Below, one piece after another: positions 21,228-32,029 of a stretch of DNA of 64,000 nucleotides (position 1 is the first letter of the stretch; each line of letters starts with the position of its first letter). A program made the translations under genes and the position numbers. The notes beneath the pieces were generated by a model. That model was not told the origin of the DNA. It was given only the letters and a program-made list of their open reading frames with translations, and did no database searches. Source of the stretch: Thermoleophilia bacterium (GTDB taxonomy: Bacteria; Actinomycetota; Thermoleophilia; UBA2241); contig JAWKKE010000001.1 of NCBI GenBank assembly GCA_041393415.1, positions 520,366-584,365 on the forward strand, in the 5' to 3' direction.

Positions 21228-22253
21228 CTAGTCGTTCGGCCGCAGGATGACCTTGAGGCAGGCAGACGGCTGCGCGGCCATCCTGAACGCCTCACCGACC
21301 TGCTCGAGCGGGAAGCGGTGCGTGATCATGTCGTCGACCTGGACCGTCCCGCGACGCAGGAGCTCGAGCGCCTGCACATTGTCGAACGGCGCGGCGCCGT
21401 AGCAGGTCCGCAAACTGATGTCGTTGCGCCAGAAGGGATTGAAGTCGACGGCGAGCGTCTCGCCGGGCTTTCCGACGGCGAAGAAGAGCGCCGTGCCGCC
21501 GCGGCCGACGCTACGCATGGCGGCGTCGGCGGCGCTTGCGGCGCCCGTACATATGACGACATGATCGGCCGGTCTGCCGGCGTGCTCCGCGAAGCGCGCC
21601 GCGACGTCGTCGCCGGCATGAACCGCAAGGTCGGCCCCCGCCGACCGGGCCGCCGCCAGGCGGAACTCGTCGATGTCGGCCACCGCGACCACCCCGGCGC
21701 CGAGCGCCTTCGCCAGCTTCACGAACAGCAACCCCGCGAGGCCCGCGCCGTACACGAGCACGCCCTCGGTCGGCGCCAGGCGAATCGTTCGCAGTGCGCG
21801 CACGACGGTGGCCAGCGGCTCCACAAACGTGCCGGTCTCGTACGCGACCTCGTCCGGCAGTTTGAGGATACCGGTACGCACGCTGCGCCCGGTGACGCGC
21901 AGGAACTGCGCGAACCCGCCGGGCGCAAAGTTATTGACCTCCTGGAAGGTCCGACAGGCGGTCTCGTGTCCGCGCAGACATTCGCGGCACTCGCCGCAGG
22001 GCACATGGTGCGTAGCGAAGACCCTGTCGCCGACCATCAGTCCCGTCACGTCTTCGCCGACTTCGACGATGTCGCCTGTCACCTCGTGGCCGAGCACGAG
22101 AGGCGCGCGTTTGATTCGGTACCACTCCATGAGGTCCGAGCCGCAGATGCCACTGGCTCGGACCTTGATCAAGACATCGCCGGGTCTCACCACGGGACGT
22201 TCCTGCTCTTCGAGACGTACGTCGGCATTGCAGTAGTACATGCCGACCTTCAT
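21228..22253 (-). CDS. Zinc-dependent alcohol/polyol dehydrogenase (MDR family; sorbitol/threonine dehydrogenase-like)
   Basis: GICGSDLMEW...GHEVTGDIVEVG is the MDR catalytic zinc motif, followed by the structural Zn Cys cluster CGECRECLRGHETAC. Start at internal MKVGMYY. Confidence 0.8.
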   Translation of the reverse strand: MKVGMYYCNADVRLEEQERPVVRPGDVLIKVRASGICGSDLMEWYRIKRAPLVLGHEVTGDIVEVGEDVTGLMVGDRVFATHHVPCGECRECLRGHETACRTFQEVNNFAPGGFAQFLRVTGRSVRTGILKLPDEVAYETGTFVEPLATVVRALRTIRLAPTEGVLVYGAGLAGLLFVKLAKALGAGVVAVADIDEFRLAAARSAGADLAVHAGDDVAARFAEHAGRPADHVVICTGAASAADAAMRSVGRGGTALFFAVGKPGETLAVDFNPFWRNDISLRTCYGAAPFDNVQALELLRRGTVQVDDMITHRFPLEQVGEAFRMAAQPSACLKVILRPND

Positions 22254-22311
22254 GCGCCCGTCTCCACCTACTCCCTGAGTCACGTTGACTTCCCCGCGCG
22301 GCGCTGGCGAC

Positions 22312-23199
22312 TCACGCCCCGGCGCCGTCGCTGGCGAGGCCGCGATAGAGCTCGTAGCCCTCCGCGGCCGACGCCCCCTCGTGCACAACCTTGCGCACAG
22401 CCTGAATCATCGCCACCGGCGCCGCCGACTGGAAGACGTTTCGGCCCATGTCAACACCGGCGGCGCCGCGATCGATGGCGTCACGCGCCATCTGCAGCGC
22501 GGCGAGCTCGTCCAGCTTCTTCCCGCCGGCGATCACGATCGGCACCGGACACGCAGCCGTCACCCTCTCGAAATCCTCGACGTAGTACGTCTTGACGATT
22601 GCAGCGCCCAACTCCGCGAGAATGCGCGTCGCAAGACCGATGTACCGTGCGTCGCGTGTCAGCTCAGTGCCGACTGCAGTGACTCCCAGCACGGGGATGC
22701 CGTAACGACTGCACGAGTCCACCAGGCTCGTCATGTTGTGCACCGACTGCGTCTCGTGCGTCCCGCCGATGAAGACCTGTACTGCCACAGCGCTCGTGTT
22801 GAGTCGCAGGGCATCCTCGACGTCAACGGCGAGCCGTTCGTCTGACAGGTCCTTGAGAATGGAGGGTCCGCCCGAGGCTCGCAGTACGACCGCGTTCGAC
22901 GCTTCCGGATTGATGAGCGTGCGTAACACGCCGCGTGTGCACATCAAAGCGTCGGCGTACGGCACCAGCGGGCCGATCGTCACGTCGATGCGCTCGAGAC
23001 CGGTGGTCGGACCCTGGAAGTAGCCGTGATCAAACGCCAACATGACGGTCTTGCCACTGCATGGGTCGAAGACACGCGCCAGCCGATTCTTCATCCCCCA
23101 GTCGTAGCTCCCGGAGCCCTTGAGGGAGTATTCGCAGTTCCGTTGCGGAGTATCGAAGTAATACTCCTTGCGCTTCGTGGAGATGTCCTGTTCTGGCAT
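22312..23199 (-). CDS. DhnA-type class I aldolase family protein (FBA/LsrF/AroA'-like)
   Basis: 295 aa with [17 protein letters not shown] and AIVKTYY...IVIAGGKK, typical of the DeoC/FbaB (DhnA) TIM-barrel Schiff-base aldolase family. Confidence 0.7.
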   Translation of the reverse strand: MPEQDISTKRKEYYFDTPQRNCEYSLKGSGSYDWGMKNRLARVFDPCSGKTVMLAFDHGYFQGPTTGLERIDVTIGPLVPYADALMCTRGVLRTLINPEASNAVVLRASGGPSILKDLSDERLAVDVEDALRLNTSAVAVQVFIGGTHETQSVHNMTSLVDSCSRYGIPVLGVTAVGTELTRDARYIGLATRILAELGAAIVKTYYVEDFERVTAACPVPIVIAGGKKLDELAALQMARDAIDRGAAGVDMGRNVFQSAAPVAMIQAVRKVVHEGASAAEGYELYRGLASDGAGA

Positions 23200-23264
23200 G
23201 GAGAAGCCTCTCTCTTCACGGTCGATGCGGCGCCTCGGACTCTAGGGTTCGTCTCCGAGGCGCG

Positions 23265-24089
23265 TCAAGTTGCCGCCGACGCGTCTTTCGAGTTGGAGCG
23301 CAGATCTCTCAGTGAAGCCAAGTCGTCGACGGTGAGCGCGAAGGTGAAGCGGTAGCCGGCGCCCACGCTCACAGGCCGCAGGTCGCCGAGCTCGAGATAC
23401 GGATGCTCGTGGAAGGCGAGAGTTGCCTCACCCCTCCAGATGGGCGACACACTCACGTCACGGGACTTGAGCTGGACGAGCTCGTAGACCGCCGGCTGTT
23501 CGTGCTTCCCCGCAGCAAGCTCCGGGAAGTGCCGTGTGTTCACCGCACGCGCGAAGCTGGGCGTCGGTAATGCCTCCGCCTCCTCGCGCAGCGTGATCTG
23601 TGCTTCCGCGAGAAGCCGGTCCTTGACCGCGAGAGTGGCTCCGAAACGGCCACCGGGGCCGGCGACCGGCCCCGCTTTCGAGGGCAAGTCGTAAGCACGT
23701 GTCATCCAGGTGGAGCCGATCTGCTTGGGCCAACCCTGCGCGAGCCCTCGCATCAGGGCAACGTCCTGATCCACCCAGATGAACGGGCAGAAAGCGACGG
23801 ACGCACCCTCGTACGAAGCCGAGAGAAGGACGATGGTCTCGCGGTACTGACTGCGAATGGGGTCGAGGTACTCAAGCCCCGTGTCGCTGGCGTACTGCCA
23901 TTCAAGGAAGTAGACGGCGCAGTGATTCGAGGAGAACTCCAGGCCTTCCGGCAAGAACGCGGCCACCGCCTCCGGGCTCGCGGCGAACTCGACTGCCAGC
24001 GCGTTGCCCACGTAGTGCCATGGCGGCGCCGGTGAGAGACTCGACGTCCCACGCGGCGTGCGTGGCAGCGTGTACCCCTTCAGCATCAT
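23265..24089 (-). CDS. Acetoacetate decarboxylase (ADC) family protein
   Basis: Start MMLKGYTLPRTPRGTSSL matches the conserved ADC-family N-terminus. AGGAGG RBS precedes ATG 24089. Confidence 0.65.
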   Translation of the reverse strand: MMLKGYTLPRTPRGTSSLSPAPPWHYVGNALAVEFAASPEAVAAFLPEGLEFSSNHCAVYFLEWQYASDTGLEYLDPIRSQYRETIVLLSASYEGASVAFCPFIWVDQDVALMRGLAQGWPKQIGSTWMTRAYDLPSKAGPVAGPGGRFGATLAVKDRLLAEAQITLREEAEALPTPSFARAVNTRHFPELAAGKHEQPAVYELVQLKSRDVSVSPIWRGEATLAFHEHPYLELGDLRPVSVGAGYRFTFALTVDDLASLRDLRSNSKDASAAT

Positions 24090-25940
24090 GCCTCCTTCCG
24101 ACCTCAAGCAAGTCGTCGTCAAACCTGTAAACCGCCGCAACGGTCCTGTCTGTGAGCTTACCCCAGCGGGTAGAATAACTGCCTAGGGCGACGGCGTCTG
24201 GTTTGGACTATGCATGGGCAGCATCGGACCAGTCGTCGTGGCGGAGAGAGTTGGGTTGACCGCGTGGCGGTCGGAGGCAGCAATGAGCACTGGGTATCCC
24301 GTCAAGCCACGTCGCCGATCGCGGGCATCATTACTTGGGCTGGTCCTGGCGTTTCTGGCCGCCACGGCCCTGCTGTTCGCAGCCATCGTCGACAACGCCG
24401 AGGCGGCAGGCAAGACCGTCCTAATCGTTGCTCCCCATCCAGACGACGATCTACTCTACGGGGCCGGCGTCGCCGCCCGTGCGCTCGCCAACGGCGACAC
24501 GGTCAAGGTCGTCTTCATGACCAACGGCGACCTGCTCGGCGCCACCACGGTACGCGAAGTCGAGGGCGTCAACGCCCAGACTCAGTACATCGGCACCACC
24601 GAAGACGACCTCATGTTCCTCGGGTACCCCGACGGAGGACTCTGGCACATCCTCCACTGGCAACCCAGTGCCACCGACGTCTACGTCGCTCGCCAAGGTA
24701 CGTCTGCCACCTACGGCATTCGCGGCCTTGGACGCACCGACTACCACAACTACCGGTTCGGCACACACGCCACCTACAACCGTGCCAATATCCTCGCTGA
24801 TCTTGAGGACATCCTCGCCACCTATCGTCCGGACGACGTCTACACCACCTCACAGTACGACGGTGCCTCAGACCACGCGGCGACACGCTGGCTGGTCAAG
24901 ACGGCGCTTGCAGCGCGCGTCACCGCCGACCCCACCTACGCACCCACTTTCCACACGACCTTCGTCGATTGGCCGCACTCCAGCGACTGGCCGGCTTCCA
25001 TGAACGCCGCTGCCGACTTCACGGAGCCCTCCGGTCTCTCCAGCTACACACCGCTAGTCTGGTCGGCTCGTGAGAGCTTCCCAGTGCCCACTGCGATGCA
25101 GTCGACCGACTACCCGACCAACCCCAAGTATCTGGCCGTCAACGCCCATGTCAGCCAGGGTGGCACGTCGGGCATCCTCGGCCGCTACATCCACCGCGAC
25201 GAGTTCTTCTGGGTCGACCCAATCGTCGCCGCCGCCAATAGCGCGCCAGGAGCGAACGCCGGGCCGGCGCAGACGGCGATCGAGAAGACGGTCGCCCAAC
25301 TCGACGGCCGCAGCAGCACCGATCCCGACGGCGACCCACTGTACTACGCCTGGACACAGACCGGCGGACCCTCAGTCACTCTCTCTGACTCCACATCCGT
25401 GCGCCCGACATTCTCCGCGCCCGCCGGTACGTCCACGCTGACCTTCCAGCTGATCGTCAGTGACGGCCGGCTCTCAAGCAGCCCATCCACAGTCACCGTC
25501 TCCGTGGTGCCCGAGGGCAGCGCGTCCGTCAACGTGGCGCCTCGCGCCTGGCTCTACGCCTCCACCGAAGACCGCACCACCGGCCAGTACGCCTTCAAGG
25601 CCGTCGACGGCAGCGCCGACGGCTATCCCGGCGATTACACGCGCGAATGGGTCTCCCGCCAGACGAGCGGCGCCTGGCTCAAGCTTGCTTGGACCGAACC
25701 TACAACAGTGAGTCGCATCGTCCTCAACGACCGCCGCAACCTGAACGACCAGATCACCGGCGGGACCATCACGTTCAGCGACGGTAGCTCCATCTCCACC
25801 GGTTCGCTGCCCAACGACGGCTCACCGCTCACGCTTACGTTCACGGCCCGCACCGTGACCTGGCTGCAACTCACGGTCAATTCCGTCAGCTCGAGCACCG
25901 ACGGCATCGGCCTCGGCGAGATCGAGGTGTACGGTGGCGC

Positions 25941-26205
25941 CGCCGTCAATCAGGCGCCAACCGCGAACGCCGGCGCCAACCAGTCGGTGACCACCGGCAG
26001 CAGCGTGCAACTCGACGGCAGCGGCAGCTCCGACCCAGACGGGGATTCGCTCACCTACACCTGGACGCAGACGGAAGGGCCGGCGGTGAGCCTCTCCAGC
26101 ACGAGCGCCGCGCAACCTACCTTCACCGCACCCTCCGCGGCGACGAGTCTCACCTTCCAGCTCGTCGTCAGCGACGGTACGGTCTCGAGCGATCCGGCAA
26201 GCGTG
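25941..26205 (+). repeat. 265-nt intragenic repeat (PKD unit), copy 1; copy 2 at 26663..26927 differs at one position
   Basis: Direct comparison of the two stretches (gccgtcaatcaggcgccaaccgcgaacgcc...gatccggcaagcgtg). A shorter 84-nt identical block pairs 25751..25834 with 26471..26554. Confidence 0.85.
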
Positions 26206-26928
26206 ACGGTAGCCGTGACGGCGACCGGAGGCGGAGGCGCCGCGACCAACATTGCGCCGCTGGCAACGGTCACCGCCTCCGGACAGGTCACTTCGACGGG
26301 GCAGCTCGCGATCAAGGCCGTCGACGGCAGCGCCGACGGCTATCCCGGCGATTACACGCGCGAATGGGCGTCCGGATCCACCAAGAGCGGCACGTGGTTG
26401 AAGCTCGTGTGGACGAGCCCGTACACGGTAGATCACATCGTCCTTAACGATCGCCCCAACCTCAACGATCAGATCACCGGCGGGACCATCACGTTCAGCG
26501 ACGGTAGCTCCATCTCCACCGGTTCGCTGCCCAACGACGGCTCACCGCTCACGCTCAACTTCGCCGCCCGCAGCGTCACCAGCGCCCAGCTCACCGTCAC
26601 GTCGATCAGCTCAACGACGCAGAATATCGGCCTCAGCGAGATCGAGGTCTACACGCAGGGTGCCGCCGTCAATCAGGCGCCAACCGCGAACGCCGGCGCC
26701 AACCAGTCGGTGACCACCGGCAGCAGCGTGCAACTCGACGGCAGCGGCAGCTCCGACCCAGACGGGGATTCGCTCTCCTACACCTGGACGCAGACGGAAG
26801 GGCCGGCGGTGAGCCTCTCCAGCACGAGCGCCGCGCAACCTACCTTCACCGCACCCTCCGCGGCGACGAGTCTCACCTTCCAGCTCGTCGTCAGCGACGG
26901 TACGGTCTCGAGCGATCCGGCAAGCGTG

Positions 26929-28282
26929 GTCGTCACCGTCGATCCGCCGGCCCCCTTGCCGACACTCTCGATTAGCGACGAGACGGTCACCGAGGGCAAC
27001 TCGGGCAGCAGCAACGCAAGCTTCACGGTCACGCTCTCGGCGGCCAGCACGCAGACGGTCACCGTGAACTACGCCACTAGCAACGGGACGGCGACGGCCG
27101 GCAGCGACTACACGGCGACGAGCGGCACGCTTACCTTCACTGCCGGGCAGACGTCGAAGACCGTGAGCGTCGCGGTGCTCGGCGACACACTGGTCGAAGC
27201 GGACGAGACCTTCAGTGTGACCTTGACCAGTCCCGCCAACGCCACCCTGGCAAAGAGCGTCGGCCTCGGCACGATCCTGGACAACGACTCTACCCGGCGC
27301 TGTCGATCGCCGATGCAACCGTGGCCGAGGGCAATAGCGGCAGCAGCAACGCCGGCTTCACGGTCACCTCTCGGCGGCCTATCCGCAAGCGGTCACCGTG
27401 AACTACGCCACCAGCAACGGCACGGCGACGCCGGCAGCGACTACACGGCCACCTCGGGCACACTCACCTTCAACGCCGGCGAAACGAGCAAGACGATCAA
27501 CGTCCCCATCCTCGGCGACACCACTATCGAGAGCGACGAGACCTTCACGGTCACACTCTCGAGCCCGGTCAACGCAACGATCGCCGCTGGCTCCGCCACA
27601 GGAAGTCGTCACCGTCGATCCGCCGGCCCCCTTGCCGACACTCTCGATTAGCGACGAGACGGTCACCGAGGGCAACTCGGGCAGCAGCAACGCAAGCTTC
27701 ACGGTCACGCTCTCGGCGGCCAGCACGCAGACGGTCACCGTGAACTACGCCACTAGCAACGGGACGGCGACGGCCGGCAGCGACTACACGGCGACGAGCG
27801 GCACGCTTACCTTCACTGCCGGGCAGACGTCGAAGACCGTGAGCGTCGCGGTGCTCGGCGACACACTGGTCGAGGCGGACGAGACCTTCAGTGTGACCTT
27901 GACCAGTCCCGCCAACGCCACCCTGGCAAAGAGCGTCGGCCTCGGCACGATCCTGGACAACGACTCCTACCCGGCGCTGTCGATCGCCGATGCAACCGTG
28001 GCCGAGGGCAATAGCGGCAGCAGCAACGCCGGCTTCACGGTCACACTCTCGGCGGCCTATCCGCAAGCGGTCACCGTGAACTACGCCACCAGCAACGGCA
28101 CGGCGACGGCCGGCAGCGACTACACGGCCACCTCGGGCACACTCACCTTCAACGCCGGCGAAACGAGCAAGACGATCAACGTCCCCATCCTCGGCGACAC
28201 CACTATCGAGAGCGACGAGACCTTCACGGTCACACTCTCGAGCCCGGTCAACGCAACGATCGCCGCTGGCTCCGCCACAGGA
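26929..28282 (+). repeat. Tandem duplication of a roughly 676-nt unit encoding two Calx-beta domains (unit 1 26929..27604, unit 2 27605..28282). First halves are identical except one substitution; the second half of unit 1 carries three 1-nt deletions
   Basis: 26929..27290 equals 27605..27966 (362 nt, 1 mismatch). 27291..27604 aligns to 27967..28282 with gaps at gactc-tacc, tcac-ctctc and gacg-ccggc. Confidence 0.85.
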
Positions 28283-28714
28283 ACGATCACGAACGACGAC
28301 GCGGCAGTGACCTTGCCGACGTTGTCCATCAATGATGTGTCACGCAAAGAGGGTCGGTTGTGGTACTCGACGTTCACATTCACAGTGAGCCTGTCGGGAA
28401 CCAACACGAACACCGTCACGGTCTCGTACGCGACCGCGAGCGGCACGGCGGTCTCGGGCAGCGACTTCCTGAACACCTCAGGGACGCTGACCTTCACACC
28501 CAGCACTCGCTCGCGCACGATCAGCGTCCGCGTCTACGGGGATCGCCTCCCAGAGGCCAACGAGATCTTCTTCGTCAATCTCTCGAACGCAACCAACGCG
28601 ACGATCACCAAGGCACAGGGTATCGGGACGATTCTCAACGACGATTGACGCGCCGTTAGTACAACCGGAGCAGGACACATGCTGCCCTGGCTGGCCTCGA
28701 CTGCCTAGGAGGAC

Positions 28715-29689
28715 CTACTCCCCAGTCGAGGCCAGCCAGGGCAGCGTCAACACCGACAGCGCGGCGGCGACACAGAGCAGCACTACAGCGCTTCTCACGA
28801 ATCCGGCGCGACTCGCGAGGGCAGCAGGAACGATCCCAGCCGCACTCTCCGCTTGCGGTCGCGCCCGGAGTGTCGTGTACGCAGCCGCCAAGTCGATCGT
28901 CACGACCAGCGCAAGCACACCGGCTTTGATCCCATGGAAGACGGCATCCCACGGCCGGTCGATCGACATCAGCACCAGGAGTATCTGCCAGCACGCCACG
29001 GCCAGGGTAGCCACTGCGGCGAGCACGAACGGCCAGCGCGAGGTGCTCCGCCACGCACACAGAATCGCAACAACGACGAGCACCACCGCTGGTCCAACCC
29101 AGAAGAGCGCCACTCGAGCTGCTAGCCAAGTGGCGTCGAGTTCCGGATGCCGCAGCGCAACAGAGTCAACGGCCTGCGGTACACCGACCGACTCGAGCGG
29201 CAGAGGATCTTGAAGGACCGAGAAGTCGGCGGCACTCCACACGCCGTCAGCTCCCTGCCAGTAGAGAAACACAAGGTGCGAGCCCCGCTCTTCCACACCG
29301 TCAGTGTCCATGACGAAGTCGCCGTCAATGGTGATCAGGTACACGCGATCGGGGGTCAGAGACGAGAGTCCTGCCCTAGACACACCGAGCAGCCGCGCCG
29401 CCGAAGCCGCCGACGTCTCGACGTAGCTTGCCGAATACCGGGAGCTGTGCCCCCACTGCCGTGCGGCGTCCACCACAGCGCCCGTGAGACCGCTGGGCGG
29501 CTCGGCCGCGTACGCCGCCGGCGCGACGAGGAGCGCAACGCCGATAAGAACGATGAACCACACCAGCCGGCCAAACCGGCCAGCAGCACTCCCGCCAACC
29601 CAGGGCGACATGCACGTCGATTCGCTCATGGACCGCCATGCCCTCCCGTAGAGCCGACACGCCTCTCGGCAGACAGCGAGCGCGTGCAT
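28715..29689 (-). CDS. Hypothetical integral membrane protein
   Basis: 324-aa ORF with an N-terminal TM helix, a central soluble region and a C-terminal cluster of TM helices. No recognised family. Start uncertain. Confidence 0.45.
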   Translation of the reverse strand: MHALAVCREACRLYGRAWRSMSESTCMSPWVGGSAAGRFGRLVWFIVLIGVALLVAPAAYAAEPPSGLTGAVVDAARQWGHSSRYSASYVETSAASAARLLGVSRAGLSSLTPDRVYLITIDGDFVMDTDGVEERGSHLVFLYWQGADGVWSAADFSVLQDPLPLESVGVPQAVDSVALRHPELDATWLAARVALFWVGPAVVLVVVAILCAWRSTSRWPFVLAAVATLAVACWQILLVLMSIDRPWDAVFHGIKAGVLALVVTIDLAAAYTTLRARPQAESAAGIVPAALASRAGFVRSAVVLLCVAAALSVLTLPWLASTGE

Positions 29690-29981
29690 CCAATTACGCC
29701 ACGGCGCCCTCGCTCGTCAACACGCGGCGATGTGCTCGGGTCGCCGCGATAGCTGCCGATCTTCTGTACGACGATAGTCTTCCGAGTCTCCCCAGACTTC
29801 AATGAAAGGCATCCGAACAGATGAGTCAATACGTTGGCTCGTAGAAGGGAAGTCGCGTGAACAACCGTCAAGCCCTGAGACAGGCGCAGCGAGATGCGAT
29901 ATGGAGATGGCGTTGGCTTGGACTGCGGCAGAGTACGCCCGGCTTCAAGGGCAGTCTGATCTTGATCGGAGCTGCCGCCGT

Positions 29982-30716
29982 CTACCTCGCCTGGCGCTGG
30001 ATCGCATAGGTGAGACCAGGCTCCGGGCGCGAGGCGATGAGATGCGCGATCTCTGCGGCGACCGCGAAGGGATCGGCCAGACCACCCTCCGCATGCAGTC
30101 GCACGAAGCGATCGAGCGACGGAAACTCCGCCACGCTGGCAGCGCGAACCTCGGCCTGCATGGCAGTGTCCATGACGCCAGGATTGATGTTGATGGCACG
30201 AATTGGATGCTCGAGGGCTGCCTGCTCCAGCGCCATCGAACGAACGAGTGCCTCCAGCGCCGCCTTGCTGGCGCAGTAGAGAGACCAACCGGCGTACACT
30301 CTTTCCGCGGCTCCACTCGAGATATTCACGAAGGTCTTGGGACACTCCACCGTCTGAAAGGCGTCGACGATAGCGTTGGCGAACACGGCTGCCGTGGCGA
30401 CATTGACGGAGAAGTGCCTCGCGATGGCCGCCGCGTCCGAACTCCCCACCGGTCCGACCGGACCAAGCACGGCCGCGTTGTTGATCGCCACGAGCTCCGC
30501 GACCCGCTCCGCAACCACTGCCGCCAACGTCGCTCGCAAGACCGTCGCCGCTTCGCGCGGGGAGGCGAGATCAAGCTTCACACTGTAGCTGGACGGTGCC
30601 GTGCGCGAGAACTCGATGACCTGCCATCCTGCTTGCAGGTAGTGAGCGCACAGCGCTGCACCCAGCCCGCGCGAGCCTCCAGTAATGATTGCGACCTTTA
30701 TCGGCGCCCCTTTCAG
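29982..30716 (-). CDS. Short-chain dehydrogenase/reductase (SDR) family oxidoreductase
   Basis: Translating upstream of the track ORF in the same frame gives KVAIITGGSRGLGAALCAHY (TGxxxGxG cofactor motif). Catalytic YxxxK is present as YCASKAALEAL. Start codon unresolved; CTG 30716 or nearby. Confidence 0.72.
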   Translation of the reverse strand: MKGAPIKVAIITGGSRGLGAALCAHYLQAGWQVIEFSRTAPSSYSVKLDLASPREAATVLRATLAAVVAERVAELVAINNAAVLGPVGPVGSSDAAAIARHFSVNVATAAVFANAIVDAFQTVECPKTFVNISSGAAERVYAGWSLYCASKAALEALVRSMALEQAALEHPIRAININPGVMDTAMQAEVRAASVAEFPSLDRFVRLHAEGGLADPFAVAAEIAHLIASRPEPGLTYAIQRQAR

Positions 30717-30779
30717 TCGTCCGAAGTACTATAAGGATAAGGCCAAGCTACCGACCAGCCGACTCCCGGAGGCGCAAGA

Positions 30780-31337
30780 GTGATCAGCAAGCCAGATCAA
30801 AGAGAGCACGGGCGAGCGCGATGGTTGGTCGAATCCATCGCGCTCGTCATTCTGGCCCTTGCTCTTGCGCTCGTCTTTCGAGCCACGGTAGCGAGCGCCT
30901 TCGAGATCCCGACCCCTTCGATGTCGCCGACAATCATGGTTCACGACCGGGTAATCGCCGAGCGGATAAGCGTGCACTTCTCAGACCCCAAGCCCGGCGA
31001 CATCGTCGTCTTCGACGATCCCCTCGGTGGACCTGTGCCGCTTATCAAACGTGTTATCGCGGTGTCGGGTCAGACCGTCGACGTCCACGACGGCTCCGTA
31101 TGGGTGAACGGCGCGCGACTCAACGAACCCTACACGCACGGACTGCCTACCGAGGTCGGTTCGTTGCCACTGCCCTGCGCGATCCCCAACGGACGCATCT
31201 GGGTCATGGGTGACAACCGCACCAACAGCCTCGACAGCCGCTACTTTGGTCCCGTCGATGTCGCCACGGTGCAGGCGCGAGCAGTCGCGCTGTACTGGCC
31301 GGTGTCCCGCCTGGCGGATCTCACGGACGGCGACTAG
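30780..31337 (+). CDS. lepB: Signal peptidase I
   Basis: S26 boxes present: PSMSPTI (catalytic Ser), GDIVVF, KRVIAVSGQTV (catalytic Lys) and GDNRTNSLDSRYFG. Confidence 0.85.
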   Translation: MISKPDQREHGRARWLVESIALVILALALALVFRATVASAFEIPTPSMSPTIMVHDRVIAERISVHFSDPKPGDIVVFDDPLGGPVPLIKRVIAVSGQTVDVHDGSVWVNGARLNEPYTHGLPTEVGSLPLPCAIPNGRIWVMGDNRTNSLDSRYFGPVDVATVQARAVALYWPVSRLADLTDGD

Positions 31338-31682
31338 CCTTCCGTGAGCCAGGTTTCATTTGCCGTCGGACGGGCAGTACTAAGCTAGTACCAGCAGGTA
31401 CACGGGTCCGTAGCTCACGCTGCGGAGGTTAAGTTGGGTAGTCGGGCCGCTACCCGGACGCAAGTCGATCCGGGCAGCGGCCTTGGTGTATTTCGCGTCA
31501 TTCCGCTCCCGGGGAAGGGAGCGCAGCCTGCAATACATCGACGTTCGCGCCGACACGCCAGCCGCCACCGAAACCCGCAGCGCTCTCGTCGGCAAGCGCA
31601 CACCAAGGCCATCATCCACAGCGGAGACGCGTGCGGTGGCAGCGAGGTTCAGGCTGTGAGCCATGATCGAGGGGAGAACGCA
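31338..31682 (+). promoter_or_regulatory. Long, hairpin-rich 5' leader or candidate structured RNA upstream of DUF2795 gene; class not identified
   Basis: 345-nt non-coding gap containing several perfect inverted repeats: GTACTAagcTAGTAC, GGGTAG-N8-CTACCC, and CGCTCCCggggaaGGGAGCG. Confidence 0.3.
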
Positions 31683-31883
31683 ATGCAAGCAGATGAAATC
31701 GCCCGTTATCTAGAACACCTACAACTTCCCGCCTCAAAGAATGAAGTTGTCCACGCGGCAAAGAAGGCGGGTGCCCCGAAGGAGATCTGGAAGGCACTCG
31801 ATAAGCAACTCCCATGGCTGACCTTCCAGCACCTCGACGACATCCTCCAACCGCTTGGACTCAGCAAAGAGGATGCCGCCTGA
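31683..31883 (+). CDS. DUF2795 family small protein
   Basis: 66 aa: MQADEIARYLEHLQLPASKNEVVHAAKKAGAPKEIWKALDKQLPWLTFQHLDDILQPLG. It fits the DUF2795 pattern (Y...YPA.K.ELV..A...GA.......L..LP...F....DV) and has a GGGGAG RBS. Local GC is lower than the surroundings. Confidence 0.65.
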   Translation: MQADEIARYLEHLQLPASKNEVVHAAKKAGAPKEIWKALDKQLPWLTFQHLDDILQPLGLSKEDAA

Positions 31884-32029
31884 ACTAACCAAGGCGCCAG
31901 CCGATTCACGCGTGTAACTCAGTGAATCGGTACTAGAACAGCGAAGGTGGAGTGCTCGCCTACAGAGCGCGCGCGATGAGAGCGCACCGGAGACGACTAC
32001 TCCACCTTCGAGCGCTTGCTTGCCTCGTC

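Larger units (their letters stand above)
24283..28648 (+). pseudogene. Large secreted/cell-surface protein: N-terminal TM/signal, LmbE/PIG-L-type de-N-acetylase domain, PKD repeats, two discoidin (F5/8 type C)-like domains, four to five Calx-beta repeats. The reading frame is broken by three 1-nt indels (about 27290, 27368, 27430), giving two track ORFs (24214..27651 and 27398..28648)
   Basis: PIG-L motif LIVAPHPDDDLLYGAGVAARAL. PKD-like units (DGSGSSDPDGDSLTYTWTQTEGP...TFQLVVSDG). Discoidin-like units (AIKAVDGSADGYPGDYTREW...GLSEIEVY). Calx-beta units (LSISDETVTEGNSGSS...TVNYATSNGTATAGSDYTATSGTLTF...DETFSVTLTSP). The degraded repeat copy aligns to the downstream intact copy with single-base gaps. 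Confidence 0.7.

Noticed and set aside
29626-30345. 239-aa minus-strand ORF overlapping the SDR gene.
   Set aside because: The in-frame SDR reading (TGGSRGLG...YxxxK) explains the region; this ORF is an out-of-frame shadow.
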